This document shows, piece after piece, positions 1-9,268 of a DNA stretch of 64,000 bases. The translations under genes and the position numbers were made by a program. Position 1 is the stretch's first letter. The number at the start of each line of letters is the position of its first letter. Source of the stretch: Opitutia bacterium (lineage in GTDB: Bacteria; Verrucomicrobiota; Verrucomicrobiia; Opitutales; Seribacteraceae); the NCBI GenBank assembly GCA_002721705.1, contig PBLJ01000022.1:4482-68481 (forward strand), given 5' to 3'. A model generated the notes under the pieces. It was not told the DNA's origin. It did no database searches and saw nothing but the letters and a program-made list of their open reading frames with translations.

Positions 1-277
1 GGAGGGTTATGACGTCTCCAAAGGACTTGATCCCGTTTCCGTTCAGGTGAAGGTTGGGGGCAATTGCGGAAATCCCGTCGAGAGAGGTCATGCCGCGAGC
101 CTCGAGGTCGCCTCCATCGATCTTCAGGGCATCATCCAAGGTCAACTCTCCGGGGGAACTGGCTTCCACTGCCAATGGAGGCAAGACTGGCGGTGTGGTT
201 CCATTCTTGTCGGCTTGCCCCCAAAGGATGGGAACGCCAGCTAAAAGAAAAAGCGGAAGGATATGGGCGAATTTCAT
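1..277 (-). CDS. TonB-dependent receptor, N-terminal fragment (gene runs off the left window edge)
   Basis: Absent from the ORF track because it is open at position 1. Manual reverse-complement translation from ATG 277..275 gives MKFAHILPLFLLAGVPILWGQADKNGTTPPVLPPLAVEASSPGELTLDDALKIDGGDLEARGMTSLDGISAIAPNLHLNGNGIKSFGDVITL. This is a signal peptide followed by a segment that resembles the start of a TBDR plug domain. The listed 132..383 ORF is in a different frame. Confidence 0.6.
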   Translation of the reverse strand, partial: MKFAHILPLFLLAGVPILWGQADKNGTTPPVLPPLAVEASSPGELTLDDALKIDGGDLEARGMTSLDGISAIAPNLHLNGNGIKSFGDVITL

Positions 278-428
278 ATGAAGATGTATTTAATTTGAGA
301 AAATTACAAAATCTGGTTTTGCCGTATTTATGATACAGCCTAAGTGATCTGCCAGTTACGTAAAGGAGCAGCACAATAAGCAAAGACTTTTCAAATACAA
401 CTGGAAAGCTAGTGGCTGCGGCCTTTCC

Positions 429-2762
429 TCAATCTAGTGGGGCCTTTTCGTAGTCGCTTTGGTTCACCCAGCCCGTGCCAGGCGTCTTTTTGCCGCCTAG
501 GTAGTTTTCATAAAAGTTGTTCCACGGTCCGACGAAGGGGTAGCCGTCGAAAACCTTGCCGTTGCCAAACATGCGCGGATCTCCCTGAGCCGTGAGCTCC
601 TTCGTCATCTGGTTGGAAAGCTTGGACTTCAAGTCGAAATAGGCAGGGTTTTCGGCTAGGTTCTTGACGCAATCGGGATCGGTCTTGAGGTCATAAAGTT
701 CATCGCCGGGTCGCTTGCCGAAGTTCATTTGCCAGAACTTTGCGTTACCTGCCCGGCGTTGGTTGAGAAGAATCGTCTTGGTCGGACTGCCGTCGCAGTT
801 GAGGTAACCGGTCTCAGGGTTGCCCGCTGGCCAGCGCGCGGGTTCGTAATTGCGCAGGTAGAGCATATCTCCCTTGACGATACCTCGAATGGGGTAGCCG
901 CCGTTTTTGGGTCGGCCCACGTCGTGGCGCTCCTTACCAATCAGGACATGGTCGCGGGCAGCAATGACTTGACCCGATTTAGATAAGTTGAAGACATCAA
1001 ACAAACTGCGGCCAGTGGTGGGTTGCATACCAGCCTGCTTGGCGTTGATGCCAGCCACCTCCAGAAAAGTGGGAGCTAAATCTACAAAGCTCACGTAATC
1101 ATCCACCACGCGCTTGCTTCCTTGGATTCCTGCGGGCCAGCGAATGGCGAGAGGAACGTGATTGGAGTAATCGTATGCTTGCCCCTTGCAGCGCGGAAAG
1201 GGCATCCCATGATCCGAAGTGGCGACAACCAAAGTATTGTCTGCCAAACCGCTTTTTTCCAAGGCCTCGAGAATTCGGCCGAGGTGCTGATCGTAATGCT
1301 CCACTTCGACCGCATAATCGAGCATGTCGTTGCGGATCATATCGGTATCCGGCCAGAAGGCCGGCACACGCTCAATGTCGGCTAGTTTCTTTCCACGTTT
1401 CACACCGATTCCATATTCGTATCCGCGATGAGGTTCGCTGGTGCCAAACCAGAAAGCCCACGGCTTGTCGGTGGGCGCGGCCTTTAGGAAATCCTCGAAA
1501 TTACCTGCGTAATCGTTGCCGGACATGGCCCGGGCAGGGGGCTTGGCCTTCCGCTTGGAAAAGGGCTGCCCCGTCAACTGCCGCCTTTTCCCTTCCGCAT
1601 TGTTGGCTATGCCGGGCCCCCACCCTTTCCCCGTGTAACCAACAAAATAACCATTGTCGGCAAGCCCCTCCACGTACCCCTTGAACTTGGCTGGGAAAAA
1701 ATTCATGTGGTTGGCTGCCTGCTCCAGTTGCCATGAGTTTCTGCCGGTCAAAATAATAGCGCGACATGGAGCGCATTTTGCATTGGGAGTGTAAGCTCGG
1801 GTGAAAAGAATACCCTCGCTCGCCAAACGGTCAAAGGCAGGTGTTTTCACCCACTTGGAACCATAGGCACCGGCATGCCCGAATCCCCAGTCGTCTGCGA
1901 TCGCGAAGAGGATATTAGGGCGACGTTGTTTCTTAGGCGCAACGGGCTTCGCGGCCACGAATTTCTCAAGGTAGGCCGAAGCATAGCGATGCCCCAGTTC
2001 ACGAAAGGCGGCCGCCGAAAAATGTACCTTGTCTCCCTTGTGACCCAGTCCATCGGATGAAATGAAGGCGGTCTTGCTGACCTTCTCCGGCAAGTTGCGA
2101 TGGGCGGCATCCACCAGTCTCTTGGCGTCGCTCCAGGGACGCTCGGCGAACTGACCCATTTGACCGGCGATGAATGGTATATCGGGCGCATTCAATTCCT
2201 TGCGGAAACGCCCGATCAATTCGTGCAGTTTCTTTTCGTAGACCTCGGCGGGACCTGACCGCGAATCGGACTCGCCTTGGTGCCAGAGGATCCCTTTCAA
2301 GACACCATCCCTCATGGCGAACTTGGTCCGCTTGATGGCATCGTCCCATGGATGACTCTTGGTCTGACCATGATACCCTCCCGGTTTCCAAGTAGAAATT
2401 GGAGAACCGCCCACGGCGCAGGGAATGAGTCCAACCGTTACCTCCGGATTGTCTTCCGCCATGCGGACGCCGAAAGTCTTCCCAAGACCGGAACCGGCTA
2501 CCGATTTGTCGAAGTGAAGCGGATCGACCGCGGGAACCCATTCGTTCCGCTTGTTCAGCATGAGTAGTCGGGGATGAGGCTTTTTGTCCTCGGCTTCCAC
2601 TTTGCCGCGACCCGCCATGTTCGACTGGCCAACCAAAAGATAAAGGTGAAACTGTTCCTTGGAGGCAGGCTTGCTGGCCTTTTCGGCAAACCCGAATTGG
2701 CTGGCTGCAAGGAACCCCAAGGAGAAAAAGAAGGAGAAGCAGGATCTTGGTAGAGTTTTCAT
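429..2762 (-). CDS. Secreted two-domain enzyme: sialate O-acetylesterase-like (SASA/DUF303) domain fused to an S1 sulfatase domain
   Basis: 777-aa ORF with a signal peptide ([26 protein letters not shown]). The N-terminal half carries SASA hallmarks [12 protein letters not shown] and [10 protein letters not shown]. After the linker [13 protein letters not shown], the second half starts [20 protein letters not shown], has the formylglycine motif CAPCR(AIILTGR), and ends with a sulfatase C-terminus ([18 protein letters not shown]). Confidence 0.85.
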   Translation of the reverse strand: MKTLPRSCFSFFFSLGFLAASQFGFAEKASKPASKEQFHLYLLVGQSNMAGRGKVEAEDKKPHPRLLMLNKRNEWVPAVDPLHFDKSVAGSGLGKTFGVRMAEDNPEVTVGLIPCAVGGSPISTWKPGGYHGQTKSHPWDDAIKRTKFAMRDGVLKGILWHQGESDSRSGPAEVYEKKLHELIGRFRKELNAPDIPFIAGQMGQFAERPWSDAKRLVDAAHRNLPEKVSKTAFISSDGLGHKGDKVHFSAAAFRELGHRYASAYLEKFVAAKPVAPKKQRRPNILFAIADDWGFGHAGAYGSKWVKTPAFDRLASEGILFTRAYTPNAKCAPCRAIILTGRNSWQLEQAANHMNFFPAKFKGYVEGLADNGYFVGYTGKGWGPGIANNAEGKRRQLTGQPFSKRKAKPPARAMSGNDYAGNFEDFLKAAPTDKPWAFWFGTSEPHRGYEYGIGVKRGKKLADIERVPAFWPDTDMIRNDMLDYAVEVEHYDQHLGRILEALEKSGLADNTLVVATSDHGMPFPRCKGQAYDYSNHVPLAIRWPAGIQGSKRVVDDYVSFVDLAPTFLEVAGINAKQAGMQPTTGRSLFDVFNLSKSGQVIAARDHVLIGKERHDVGRPKNGGYPIRGIVKGDMLYLRNYEPARWPAGNPETGYLNCDGSPTKTILLNQRRAGNAKFWQMNFGKRPGDELYDLKTDPDCVKNLAENPAYFDLKSKLSNQMTKELTAQGDPRMFGNGKVFDGYPFVGPWNNFYENYLGGKKTPGTGWVNQSDYEKAPLD

Positions 2763-2786
2763 GGCAGGTTAGGGTTCAAACGAAAA

Positions 2787-3236
2787 TCACTTCTTTTTCC
2801 AGACGAAAGGAGAAACACGCTGCATGATGTGAATCCTTTCTTTGCCATTTTTCAGCTTGGAACCGGGAGTGCTTCGACCATTGGCAACTTGGGCTCGAAG
2901 CAATTCGATCAGGCGTTTCACGAGATCCGGACGTTTAGTAGCCAAATTACGCTTTTCACCGGGATCGGCTTTCAGATCGTAGAGTTGAATGAAAGGAAGC
3001 TGCAGCAATTCCTCGTGGTTGCGCGGTTTCTTGCCTTGGGAGGCAAGGGCTTCCTTCCAAGCCAGCTCCGACTTGGGTTCATCGGCAAACGGACCGTTGG
3101 ACCCACTGCCAGGAAAAAGACGCAAAAAAGAACCAGAAGTTTCATGACGAAAAAGAATTACGGGGTTTGCAGGTACCGCAAGGGCAATGCTTGAAGAGAA
3201 AAGTTTAATGCAAACGAAGCTTCGCATTGACTCCAA
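2787..3236 (-). pseudogene. Sulfatase C-terminal remnant (no catalytic N-terminal domain)
   Basis: The 149-aa ORF ends with a typical arylsulfatase C-terminal segment (IQLYDLKADPGEKRNLATKRPDLVKRLIELLRAQV). It lacks the DD.G metal site and the CxPxR motif. There is no room upstream for the missing ~300 aa, because the divergent gene starts at 3292. It could alternatively be a small stand-alone protein (MRSFVCIKLFSSSIALAVPA is weakly signal-like). Confidence 0.45.
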
Positions 3237-3291
3237 TCAATTGAATGCAAAAGTTGCGTGCAATCAGCTGAGCAAAGAAAGGTTTTTCACT

Positions 3292-5427
3292 ATGCAGAAT
3301 CAAGCAGGATGGGGGTCGGTACTAATATTCGCTCTTTGCTTTACACTCCCTATCGAGCTGGTTTGCAGCAAGACTCAGGTAGATGACGCAATCGCCTTGG
3401 GCAATGCTGATAAAAAAGGGTTGGTTCATGGAGAACCGATGGATGACTTGGCGTTTCTGCGCAAAGTGAGCGTCGACTTGATCGGGCGCATTCCCAGTGA
3501 TAAGGAAATCAGGCGTTACCTGAAATGGAATGCCTCGGAACGACGAGATCGCGTAGTTGAGCAACTTCTTCTACATGAAAGGTTTGCTGATCGATGGACT
3601 GCTTTTTTCGCCGACATGTTGAGGATTCGATCGGGAGCGACTGGAGGTACCGCCCTCTTGGCCTACGTGCACAAATCGGTGGATGAAGGCAAGCCGTTCG
3701 ACGAATTGGCTAGAGAACTGATTGCCGTAAACGGTAGAGCGAACACCACCCCCGCTGTGGGATTCATTCTCAACGACAACGTGGATCCCATGGCATTGAC
3801 CGCCGCAACGGCTCAGGTGTTTCTCGGCGTTCGGCTCCAATGCGCCCAATGCCACGACCATCCTTTTGATGACTGGAGTCAGCGTCAATTTTATGAAATG
3901 GCCACCTTTTTCGGTAAAACACGCAGAGTCGAAAGCCGCCTTACCCGAGCAGTCTACACCACCGAAGGCAAGGAGAACAAAGTCTTATGGCCACCCGCTC
4001 GCAAGAAACCTTCGGAGCGCGCCAACATCGATGCCAGGTTTCCTTTTCTTATGGAAACCTTCAGCAAGCCACCCCTTCATTTGGCTCGACTGAAAGCAAA
4101 ACGCGCGAAGATCAGCTCAAAGGGCAAAGAGGACCCGGGAGTTGAAATAGAAAACCTGCTCGAGGAAACACAAGCCAACGTCAACGTCGCTGCTAGAAAA
4201 GTAGGCCCTGCCGGATTCGATCCCGAAAGCGACCTGAAGCGGCAAAATGCCTCATTGGACTTATTGGGAGACCTATACAAGAGCAGTGAAATGCGTTCCG
4301 AACTGGCCAAGCTTATCACACACCCTCGCAACCGATACTTTGCCCAGAATTTCGTCAATCGCCTATGGGCTGAATTAATGGGTCGAGGATTCTACGAACC
4401 CATCGACGACTATTCCGAATACCAAACCATTTCGCACCCCCAAACCCTTGATTTCCTTCGCAAGGAATTCGTTGCCGTAGGCTATGACCTGAGGGAAACG
4501 CTTCGTCTGATCGTTAAATCGGATGCCTATGCCCGCAAATCATTGGACGCCTCTCATTCCAACAAGACCCGCATCGATTCGGAGACGGCTTTTGCATCCG
4601 GCACCAGCAGGCGGATGATCGGCGAGGCCCTTTTCGACAGCATCGTCACGGCGGGTCATCTGGAAGACTACAAATGGCCGGCTCAGGCCAACTTGAAAAC
4701 CGTCCGTACCCGCCAACGCGTTTATATCGAGAAAGACGAGAACGGAAAGGAAGTCGAAGTTTCGCCCAAACCGGCGACCGCCTCTCCCGCCTCTCCATCC
4801 ATGGAAAACAATATGATGCCCCGAAAACAAGGCGGGGCATACGATTTGGAAAAAAGCATCGCCTTGGATTTCAAGGCCCTTCTCAGCAACAACCAAGTGA
4901 AGGCGGAACTGGAAGAGATGCGTATGCGCTCCGACCAGGAAATCGAAGCCGTGCGGATGGCTCGCATGGCTCAACAACCAACCCGGCGAGGAAAATACAA
5001 ATACGTTTACGTCGAGGAAGAGGTAGACGACAACCCGAAGTATTCCAGTTCCTACAGGATGGCTTCTCCTGCCGCTCCGGATCACTTCCTCAGAATTTTC
5101 GGCCAACCTGGCCGTGACCGGCTGGGAGACTTTCGAAACTCCTCTGCCTCTATGCGACAGGCGTTGATGATGCTGAATGGGAAACTCACTCACGAAGCTT
5201 CCAGGGTCGGTTTGCTGGAACCTTTGCGAAAACTGCTTGAAGGGAGGACCAAAGACTTGGATGCCGCCATTCGTCAGACTTATCTCGAAATTTTCACCAG
5301 GGAACCGCTGGCCGATGAAGTGCAAGACGCCTTGTCTATCCTTTCTTCCGCCAAGACCCCCTTGGAAGGAATGGCCGACCTACGCTGGGCGATGCTGAAT
5401 AGCCATGAATTCAAGTTTCTCCCCTGA
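3292..5427 (+). CDS. DUF1549/DUF1553 (PSD-type) protein, no N-terminal cytochrome-c module
   Basis: DUF1549-like motif DDLAFLRKVSVDLIGRIPSDKEIRRYL and DUF1553-type motif CAQCHDHPFDDWSQRQFYEMATFFG. Start moved from 3187 to the ATG at 3292 (MQNQAGWGSVLIFALCFTLPIELVCS, signal-like). This removes the overlap with the remnant on the other strand. A DUF1501 partner follows. Confidence 0.8.
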   Translation: MQNQAGWGSVLIFALCFTLPIELVCSKTQVDDAIALGNADKKGLVHGEPMDDLAFLRKVSVDLIGRIPSDKEIRRYLKWNASERRDRVVEQLLLHERFADRWTAFFADMLRIRSGATGGTALLAYVHKSVDEGKPFDELARELIAVNGRANTTPAVGFILNDNVDPMALTAATAQVFLGVRLQCAQCHDHPFDDWSQRQFYEMATFFGKTRRVESRLTRAVYTTEGKENKVLWPPARKKPSERANIDARFPFLMETFSKPPLHLARLKAKRAKISSKGKEDPGVEIENLLEETQANVNVAARKVGPAGFDPESDLKRQNASLDLLGDLYKSSEMRSELAKLITHPRNRYFAQNFVNRLWAELMGRGFYEPIDDYSEYQTISHPQTLDFLRKEFVAVGYDLRETLRLIVKSDAYARKSLDASHSNKTRIDSETAFASGTSRRMIGEALFDSIVTAGHLEDYKWPAQANLKTVRTRQRVYIEKDENGKEVEVSPKPATASPASPSMENNMMPRKQGGAYDLEKSIALDFKALLSNNQVKAELEEMRMRSDQEIEAVRMARMAQQPTRRGKYKYVYVEEEVDDNPKYSSSYRMASPAAPDHFLRIFGQPGRDRLGDFRNSSASMRQALMMLNGKLTHEASRVGLLEPLRKLLEGRTKDLDAAIRQTYLEIFTREPLADEVQDALSILSSAKTPLEGMADLRWAMLNSHEFKFLP

Positions 5428-5463
5428 CCAACCCTAACTTTACTACAAAACAAAAACTCAAAC

Positions 5464-6741
5464 ATGATGAAGAAAGCCACGCATTGCAGTGACTACGCAG
5501 TGACCCGTCGACGGTTCCTGAAGGGAGCAGGGGGAGCAGCCACCCTGTTGGGCATGCCCGTAAGCCAACTCTTGGCGGCGGGAGGTAGCGCCCTGCCGGC
5601 AAAGGCGGAACACGTCATTCTTTTCTGGAACGGTGGTGGCATGAGCCACATAGACACTTGGGATCCGAAACCGGGACGCCCCACACAAGGGGAGTTCGAC
5701 CCCATCAAGACCTCCGCGGACGGCATCCAGATCAGTGAAATCTTGCCGCAACTGGCAAAGCAAATGCATCACTGCGCCTTGGTTCGTTCCATTGCCGGCA
5801 CCAATGGAGACCATGGTCGAGCCACCTACGAATTACAAACTGGTTACGGGCAAAGCGCCAACTTGGTACACCCTGGTCTGGGCAGCATCGTGGTTCATGA
5901 AAAAGAACGACTCGGGGATTTGCCAGCATACGTAACGGTGAGTGGACAAGCACCCCGATCGGGATACCTCGGGCAAAAGTGCGCCGCTTATTTCGTGGGA
6001 CAACCGGGCGAGCCCGATCCCTACCTGAAGTTTCCTGCCGGCATTAGCGAGATCCGCGGAAACAAACGCTTGGAAGTTCTGGCCCGTATGAATCGCAAGA
6101 CATCCTCTCAATTGGGATCCAAAGCGATGCAAGCAAATGAAACCGCGGTGGACGATGCCGTCGCTCTCATGCGGAGCCCTGCCCTGAAAGCCTTTGAACT
6201 AAAGCACGAAAACCCGAAGACCATTGCAAGGTACGGGGATACGGACTTCGGGCGCGGCGCCCTGATGGCCAAACGGCTCGTGGAAACCGGCGTGCGATTC
6301 GTGCAGGTGAACCGCGGTGGCTTCGACACGCACAGCAACAACTTCGAGGCCATGCGCGCACATGGGGAAATAATGGACCCCGCCCTCGCGTCACTGATCG
6401 AGGATCTCGCCAGCAGTGGTCTGTTGCAGAAAACTCTTGTCTTGATGCTGAGTGAATTCGGTCGCACTCCCAGGATAAACGAGAACGCGGGACGCGACCA
6501 TCATGCAAAGGTGTTCAGTTGCTTCCTCGCAGGAGGAGGAGTCCAAGGAGGACAAGTCATTGGAGCCTCCGACGAAGACGGCGTGGCTCCGGCGGAGCGC
6601 CCGGTAAAACCGTATGACTTGCATGCGACGGTTTGTCATGCTCTTGGAATTGATGGGAACAAGGAAATCATGACTCCGCTCGAACGCCCCATGCGACTGG
6701 TTCGCGAAGGGGGCGAACCCGTTAAGGAACTTTTCTCCTAA
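5464..6741 (+). CDS. DUF1501 protein (sulfatase/alkaline-phosphatase-superfamily-like), Tat signal
   Basis: Tat motif TRRRFLKGAGGAATLLG, plus GGGMSHIDTWDPKP and C-terminal SEFGRTPRINENAGRDHH, all typical of DUF1501. Lies 36 nt downstream of its DUF1549/1553 partner. Confidence 0.85.
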   Translation: MMKKATHCSDYAVTRRRFLKGAGGAATLLGMPVSQLLAAGGSALPAKAEHVILFWNGGGMSHIDTWDPKPGRPTQGEFDPIKTSADGIQISEILPQLAKQMHHCALVRSIAGTNGDHGRATYELQTGYGQSANLVHPGLGSIVVHEKERLGDLPAYVTVSGQAPRSGYLGQKCAAYFVGQPGEPDPYLKFPAGISEIRGNKRLEVLARMNRKTSSQLGSKAMQANETAVDDAVALMRSPALKAFELKHENPKTIARYGDTDFGRGALMAKRLVETGVRFVQVNRGGFDTHSNNFEAMRAHGEIMDPALASLIEDLASSGLLQKTLVLMLSEFGRTPRINENAGRDHHAKVFSCFLAGGGVQGGQVIGASDEDGVAPAERPVKPYDLHATVCHALGIDGNKEIMTPLERPMRLVREGGEPVKELFS

Positions 6742-6844
6742 GCGCATTTTCCTCTTTGCATTTCGAACTAATTACTTTGGGGTATGCTCGTGCGTGCGCA
6801 TTATGCGCAGTCTTTTAAGTAATTCCAACCCTCCCTTCCCAGCC

Positions 6845-9211
6845 ATGACTCTTCCACGCCTTCTCAGGATGTGTCTCTTGTCGGCAGCCTTGCTGGCTCC
6901 GATATTCGTAAACGCCCAAGGGGGCCCTCTTCGGGGATCCATCACCGAGGACCGCAAAGCTCGTAAGTTGCTCGAAGCAGGCGATGCTCGCCTGGAAGCA
7001 GACGAGAAGCAAAAAGCCCTTGAGATTTGGCAGACTGTGCTGAACCAGTTCCCACGCAGCAAAGTACGTTTCGACGCCCACATGCGGATTGGAGAACATC
7101 TACTGACCGGCAAAGGCGCTTACGATGAAGCCCGCAAGCACTTCGAGGCCGCCGCCGTGGAAGAAAACCCGGACGACGCCATGAGGGCAACCGCGACGCT
7201 CAAGCAAGGAATTTGCTTTTACGAAGGAAGAATCTATGGGAAATGCTTTAAAACACTAAGGCAGGTGATCGAGGAATTCCCTACCTCGGAAGAAGTCAAT
7301 CGCGCCTATTACTACATTGGTCTAGGCCATTTCAAGCAAGGCCACTACAGCAGAGCCATTGAGTCACTGGAAAAAGTGGGAACCGCCTTCTCCGAGAAAG
7401 ACAAAGGCATGGAGAAGGTCGAGGCTGGCAAAAGGCTTTTCGTTAAAATCGAGGACGCCGATCTCGCCATCCTCAAGTCGGGAGCGATGGTGAAAATCGT
7501 CTGCAAGACGAAGCGAGGTGACGAGGAAACCCTGGACTGTCGTCCAGTTGGGCGCAATTCGCGCATTGTGCTGGGCTCCTTGCCAACCAGCTTGGGAGCA
7601 ACCAACAAAGGCAACGGTATCCTCGAGGTAAGTGGTGGCGACGTCGTGCAAGTAACCTACGTCGACCAACACACAGCCGACAAGAAATTCGAGCAGAAGA
7701 GACTCAAGGAAGTACGAGTGGTGGGCCAAGGCAAGGCCTCCATCATGGACGGTTCCTACAAGGACACCCTGCGCGGCGTGGTCTTGGGAAAGATAGTCAA
7801 CCTGCAAGTCAATGACCCGGATGGAGACGTTTCGGAAAAACCGGACTCAATAATGGCGACAGTAAGTGTGCATCGGCGCAAAACCGCGGATGAAATAGAC
7901 GAGGAGATCGCCGCCCTTGTCGCAAAAGGGGCGATCGCTCCACCCGAAAAGGGAACCGATCCCGTCGATGCGTTGGCATTCGACGGCGAGAACGGACCCA
8001 AAATCGAAAAGTTCAAGCAGGTCGACTCCGTGACGACGTCGTTGCTGGAGACCTTCATCGAGAAAGAAACCTCGTCACTTGAGCTAGGCGAGGAGGAAAG
8101 CGCCAAGGAAGCGCCTGGTCAAGAGGGTGAGGATGAACCCGCTGAAAAAGAAGACGATCCCGAACCCGTCAAGGAGGTCGTTCAGGACAATTCCACGCAT
8201 AGCGGCATTTTTCGAGGAGTCGTTCCGATCGAGAAATCAGAAGAAGTCAAGCAGGACGGCAAGCTCCAAGCCCTCCCCGGAGACGTCGTTCGCATTACCT
8301 ACAGAGACAAGGTAAACGTCACCAAGGACGAGCGGGACGCAACCTCGGAAGCCAAGTGCATCGAAGGCAACGTGGGAGGAGTGAGAGTGACCAAAACTCG
8401 CATCGAGGATGAAGAACTCCGTCTGCGCACCGAAATGAAAACGTCGGCCGCCCTGACGGAAATTGGCAATCACTACAAGGAATTTGGATTAGCTGAAAAA
8501 TCCAAGGTGAAGTACATGGAAGCGCTTGCGCTTGCCGAGGACACGGCGAAGTCCGCCCGTAAATTGAAAGGGCAAATCCTCGAAGACTCTTACGTTGGCT
8601 TGTGGAAAATCTATTTCGCCATGGGCAACTACGGTGCCGCCACGGCAATGAGCAGAAGACTGCAGAACGAATTCCCGGAAAGCCCATACGTCGACGATGC
8701 CATTCTGCAGCAAGCCGACGTCGCGAGAGAACGCGGAGATCTCAAGGCTGCGATCTCTCTATACAAAGGGCTGACCACGCTCAAGAACAGCGAGCTGCGA
8801 GGGGAAGGCCAATTCGGAATCGCGGAGTGTTATGAAAAAATGGCCGCGGATGCAGGTCCCGACAAAGGCCAAGGCTACTCGGATCAAGCATTCCGAGCCT
8901 ACCAAACGGTTTTCGAACGTTATCCGGAAAGCGGAAGAGTGGGTGACGCGGTGGCGAAAATGGCTGAATTCTATTACCGCAAAAAAGACTACCTCCGAGC
9001 CATCGACGTCTTTGAAAACGTTTTGTCGAACCATCCGGACGCAGGCTTCCTTGACGTTATACTCTTCAACTACGGGCGATGCCTTTATCGAGTTAATCGA
9101 AAAGCCCAAGCCCGACGCCAATTCGACCAGATAATAGAGGAATTCCCCGACAGCAACTTGGCCTCCGAGGCCAAACGAATCAGCAGCGCCCTCGTCAAGG
9201 CCGGTTATTGA
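6845..9211 (+). CDS. Secreted TPR protein with two internal beta-module repeats (first gene of the ExbBD-TPR operon)
   Basis: ORF 6794..9211; preferred start is the ATG at 6845 (MTLPRLLRMCLLSAALLAPIFVNAQ signal peptide). N- and C-terminal BamD/YbgF-type TPR signatures are present (FPRSKVRFDAHMRIGEHL, FPTSEEVNRAYYYIGLGHF, FPESPYVDDAILQQADV, YPESGRVGDAVAKMAEFYY, FPDSNLASEAKRI). The central part has modules ending GGDVVQVTYVDQH and PGDVVRITYRDKV. Confidence 0.8.
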   Translation: MTLPRLLRMCLLSAALLAPIFVNAQGGPLRGSITEDRKARKLLEAGDARLEADEKQKALEIWQTVLNQFPRSKVRFDAHMRIGEHLLTGKGAYDEARKHFEAAAVEENPDDAMRATATLKQGICFYEGRIYGKCFKTLRQVIEEFPTSEEVNRAYYYIGLGHFKQGHYSRAIESLEKVGTAFSEKDKGMEKVEAGKRLFVKIEDADLAILKSGAMVKIVCKTKRGDEETLDCRPVGRNSRIVLGSLPTSLGATNKGNGILEVSGGDVVQVTYVDQHTADKKFEQKRLKEVRVVGQGKASIMDGSYKDTLRGVVLGKIVNLQVNDPDGDVSEKPDSIMATVSVHRRKTADEIDEEIAALVAKGAIAPPEKGTDPVDALAFDGENGPKIEKFKQVDSVTTSLLETFIEKETSSLELGEEESAKEAPGQEGEDEPAEKEDDPEPVKEVVQDNSTHSGIFRGVVPIEKSEEVKQDGKLQALPGDVVRITYRDKVNVTKDERDATSEAKCIEGNVGGVRVTKTRIEDEELRLRTEMKTSAALTEIGNHYKEFGLAEKSKVKYMEALALAEDTAKSARKLKGQILEDSYVGLWKIYFAMGNYGAATAMSRRLQNEFPESPYVDDAILQQADVARERGDLKAAISLYKGLTTLKNSELRGEGQFGIAECYEKMAADAGPDKGQGYSDQAFRAYQTVFERYPESGRVGDAVAKMAEFYYRKKDYLRAIDVFENVLSNHPDAGFLDVILFNYGRCLYRVNRKAQARRQFDQIIEEFPDSNLASEAKRISSALVKAGY

Positions 9212-9268
9212 CAAGCCACGCGGCCAACACGACGCAAATAAAGCAACAGCTACTTCAGGAACTTTCCA

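Noticed and set aside
132-383. 83-aa minus-strand ORF listed in the track at the left edge. The small plus-strand ORFs 47-333 were also considered.
   Set aside because: They are in a different frame from the open reading frame that yields a signal peptide plus a TBDR plug-like sequence. They have no motifs of their own.
278-428. Possible cobalamin or other riboswitch in the leader of the TonB-dependent receptor (a GCCACT-like string at about 410-418), and a weak hairpin GGAAAG…CTTTCC (403-428) after the fusion gene.
   Set aside because: The region is too short (about 150 nt) and lacks a convincing B12 box or conserved riboswitch core. The hairpin has only a 6-bp stem with a 14-nt loop and no clear U-tract.
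3187-3291. Upstream start for the DUF1549/1553 gene (MLEEKSLMQTKLRIDSN…).
   Set aside because: It would overlap the sulfatase remnant on the other strand and puts 35 non-hydrophobic residues before the signal-like segment. The ATG at 3292 is preferred. This remains uncertain.
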